In this document: positions 62,741 through 64,000 of the stretch, piece after piece
Numbering within the stretch: the first letter of the stretch is position 1
Layout: each line of letters begins with the position of its first letter
Assembly (NCBI GenBank): GCA_002633005.1
Contig: NMRA01000736.1
Span: forward strand, 1-64,000
Source: Phoronis australis
Lineage: Eukaryota > Animalia > Phoronida
Length of the DNA stretch: 64,000 bases
Direction: 5' to 3'
Made by a program: the position numbers and the translations under genes
The notes under the pieces: model-generated
The model's database searches: none
Seen by the model: the letters and a program-made list of their open reading frames with translations, nothing else
Told to the model about the DNA's origin: nothing

Positions 62741-63183
62741 TGTATAAAACAACAGGATTAGGATTAGACCATTCTTAATAAGAAATAGCTGCATTCACGA
62801 AGAACAGAATTGGCAGTCGCCGATGGGTTTGTGGGCGAGATGTAGCTCGTTAAGGCTAATAACCACGAAGTCACAAGGCCTGGACCTCTGAATGTGTAGT
62901 TAGTGACGGATTTAGAAGGGGTTCAAGGGGGCCATGGTCCCCCCTAAAAATTTCCCAGATTCCATTTGGCAGTTCGGGGTTGCAAAAGTCTGACGGGAAA
63001 AATCCTGGCTAATACTCTGCGGTGGACCCCCTAACTCAAAATTCTGTATCTCCCAGGTAGTTATTATATAAAATTTATGATTGTAAAACTTACTACTGTC
63101 TAAAATGTTCTTGATCAAAATGTTAGTGGTATTCTTGCTTCGCACGGCACCACACTCCAGGAAGGCGAAACCACATTGCATGA
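56481..63183 (-). CDS. Amt: Ammonium transporter (Amt/Mep family, invertebrate Amt1-type); 5' exon(s) and central exons not visible
   Basis: Exons 63094-63183, 62134-62361, 61545-61627, 61221-61349, [gap], 58640-58861, 56953-57075, 56481-56560. Motifs [91 protein letters not shown]. Confidence 0.93.
56953..57075 (-). CDS. Amt: Amt exon
   Basis: [41 protein letters not shown]; donor gtaggc inferred from phase. Confidence 0.8.
58640..58861 (-). CDS. Amt: Amt exon
   Basis: [16 protein letters not shown]...[12 protein letters not shown]. Confidence 0.9.
58964..59710. other. Assembly gap (N run) inside the Amt gene
   Basis: Run of Ns. Confidence 0.99.
60570..60726. repeat. GAGTAC/GAGTAT-rich MITE end (hAT-like)
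   Basis: Multiple (t/c)gagta(c/t) units ending in ...gggccctg. Confidence 0.45.
61221..61349 (-). CDS. Amt: Amt exon
   Basis: [43 protein letters not shown]. Confidence 0.92.
61545..61627 (-). CDS. Amt: Amt exon
   Basis: [28 protein letters not shown]. Confidence 0.9.
62134..62361 (-). CDS. Amt: Amt exon
   Basis: [17 protein letters not shown]...[30 protein letters not shown]. Confidence 0.92.
62672..62738. repeat. (AT)n microsatellite
   Basis: About 33 perfect AT units. Confidence 0.98.
63094..63183 (-). CDS. Amt: Amt exon
   Basis: [29 protein letters not shown]; ttttcag / gtaagt. Confidence 0.9.
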
Positions 63184-63901
63184 CTGAAAAATGAATTAGC
63201 TTTAGAAAACAATTTGTGAAGTCGAGGTGTTTAGTGCAGTGATGTACTGCACAGTGTCATACTGTAGTAACCTAGTAGTAATTAGACCTTCCAAATGAAA
63301 TAGGGAAGCATTTTACGTTATTCACAACCTTATGTAAATGTATGTAATATCACGGGCATCTAACAATTTATTATTTTAAAAGACTTTTTCTTATTCAAAT
63401 GACAAAACCAAAAATTCACTTTCGATCCTCAAAAGTGGAACACCTATACTATTGCTACATCAGGTTCCATTGCACCAGTCTCCACCAAATTATAAAATGC
63501 ATTAAAACGTGCACGTCCATGCTGGTAGTTCCCATTCTTTGAGATTGCTATCAGATTTGAATCATATACATACACGCACTGTGGTGTTCCTTTACTGCCG
63601 CTTCGTTTTTCCAAGATGAACTTGAGCAAGACAAAGTTTATAGGTACACGTTATTTATTCAGAAAGTTTTTTTTTTGAAAATCCTAAAAGTTTGCAACCA
63701 CCATCGCATGAGTGTCATGAAGCACGTACCAGTATGTTATTCTTTGTGCACACCGACTCAGTTATTGTCTCAAAACAACTGTTGTGTAACGGGATTTTTG
63801 GAGTAGGAGCAACGTGTTCCTTAGTCATTTTTCATGAAAAGTGCGATACAATACTAAGGCGGAGCATTAAGGACAACTGTAAAATGAAAAGCATAGCCGA
63901 T

Positions 63902-64000
63902 TATCTCCTGATAACGACTTGAGTATCTCGTTATAATGAATAACTATCTTGTTAAAACGACTTGCTATCATGAAAACGAGATACTATCTCGTTGTAACGA
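63902..64000. repeat. About 21-bp tandem repeat running off the window
   Basis: tatctcgttataacga-type units repeated about 5 times. Confidence 0.7.

Noticed and set aside
62594-62794. ORF with an IYIYIY repeat
   Set aside because: Translation of the (AT)n microsatellite

Overview
Intron-rich, TE-laden animal (invertebrate) genomic DNA from a heterozygous draft assembly. The + strand (443-43317) carries most of one very large modular gene: EGF - TSP1 - SRCR (2 exons) - 25 tandem TSP1 exons - Caspr/neurexin-IV-type fibrinogen-related domain. It ends in two duplicated 68-nt alternative terminal exons and has no transmembrane segment. All internal exons are phase 1-1 and 23 TSP1 exons are exactly 165 nt. 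Many have weak or non-canonical splice sites (5 AAG, 1 GAG and 1 GG acceptor, 1 GC donor), which suggests a combinatorially spliced cassette array. The - strand (56481-63183) carries an invertebrate Amt-type ammonium transporter interrupted by an assembly gap. Introns and intergenic DNA hold Kolobok-like TTAA/THAP elements, a decayed Academ transposon, Harbinger-like and other MITEs, and a LINE RT fragment. Single Ns mark overlaps of two haplotypes. Comparing those haplotypes shows polymorphic TE insertions and TA->TACATGTA changes, which suggest that the very frequent TACATGTA motif is a Tc1/mariner-type excision footprint. All calls are by-eye reading; no searches were run.
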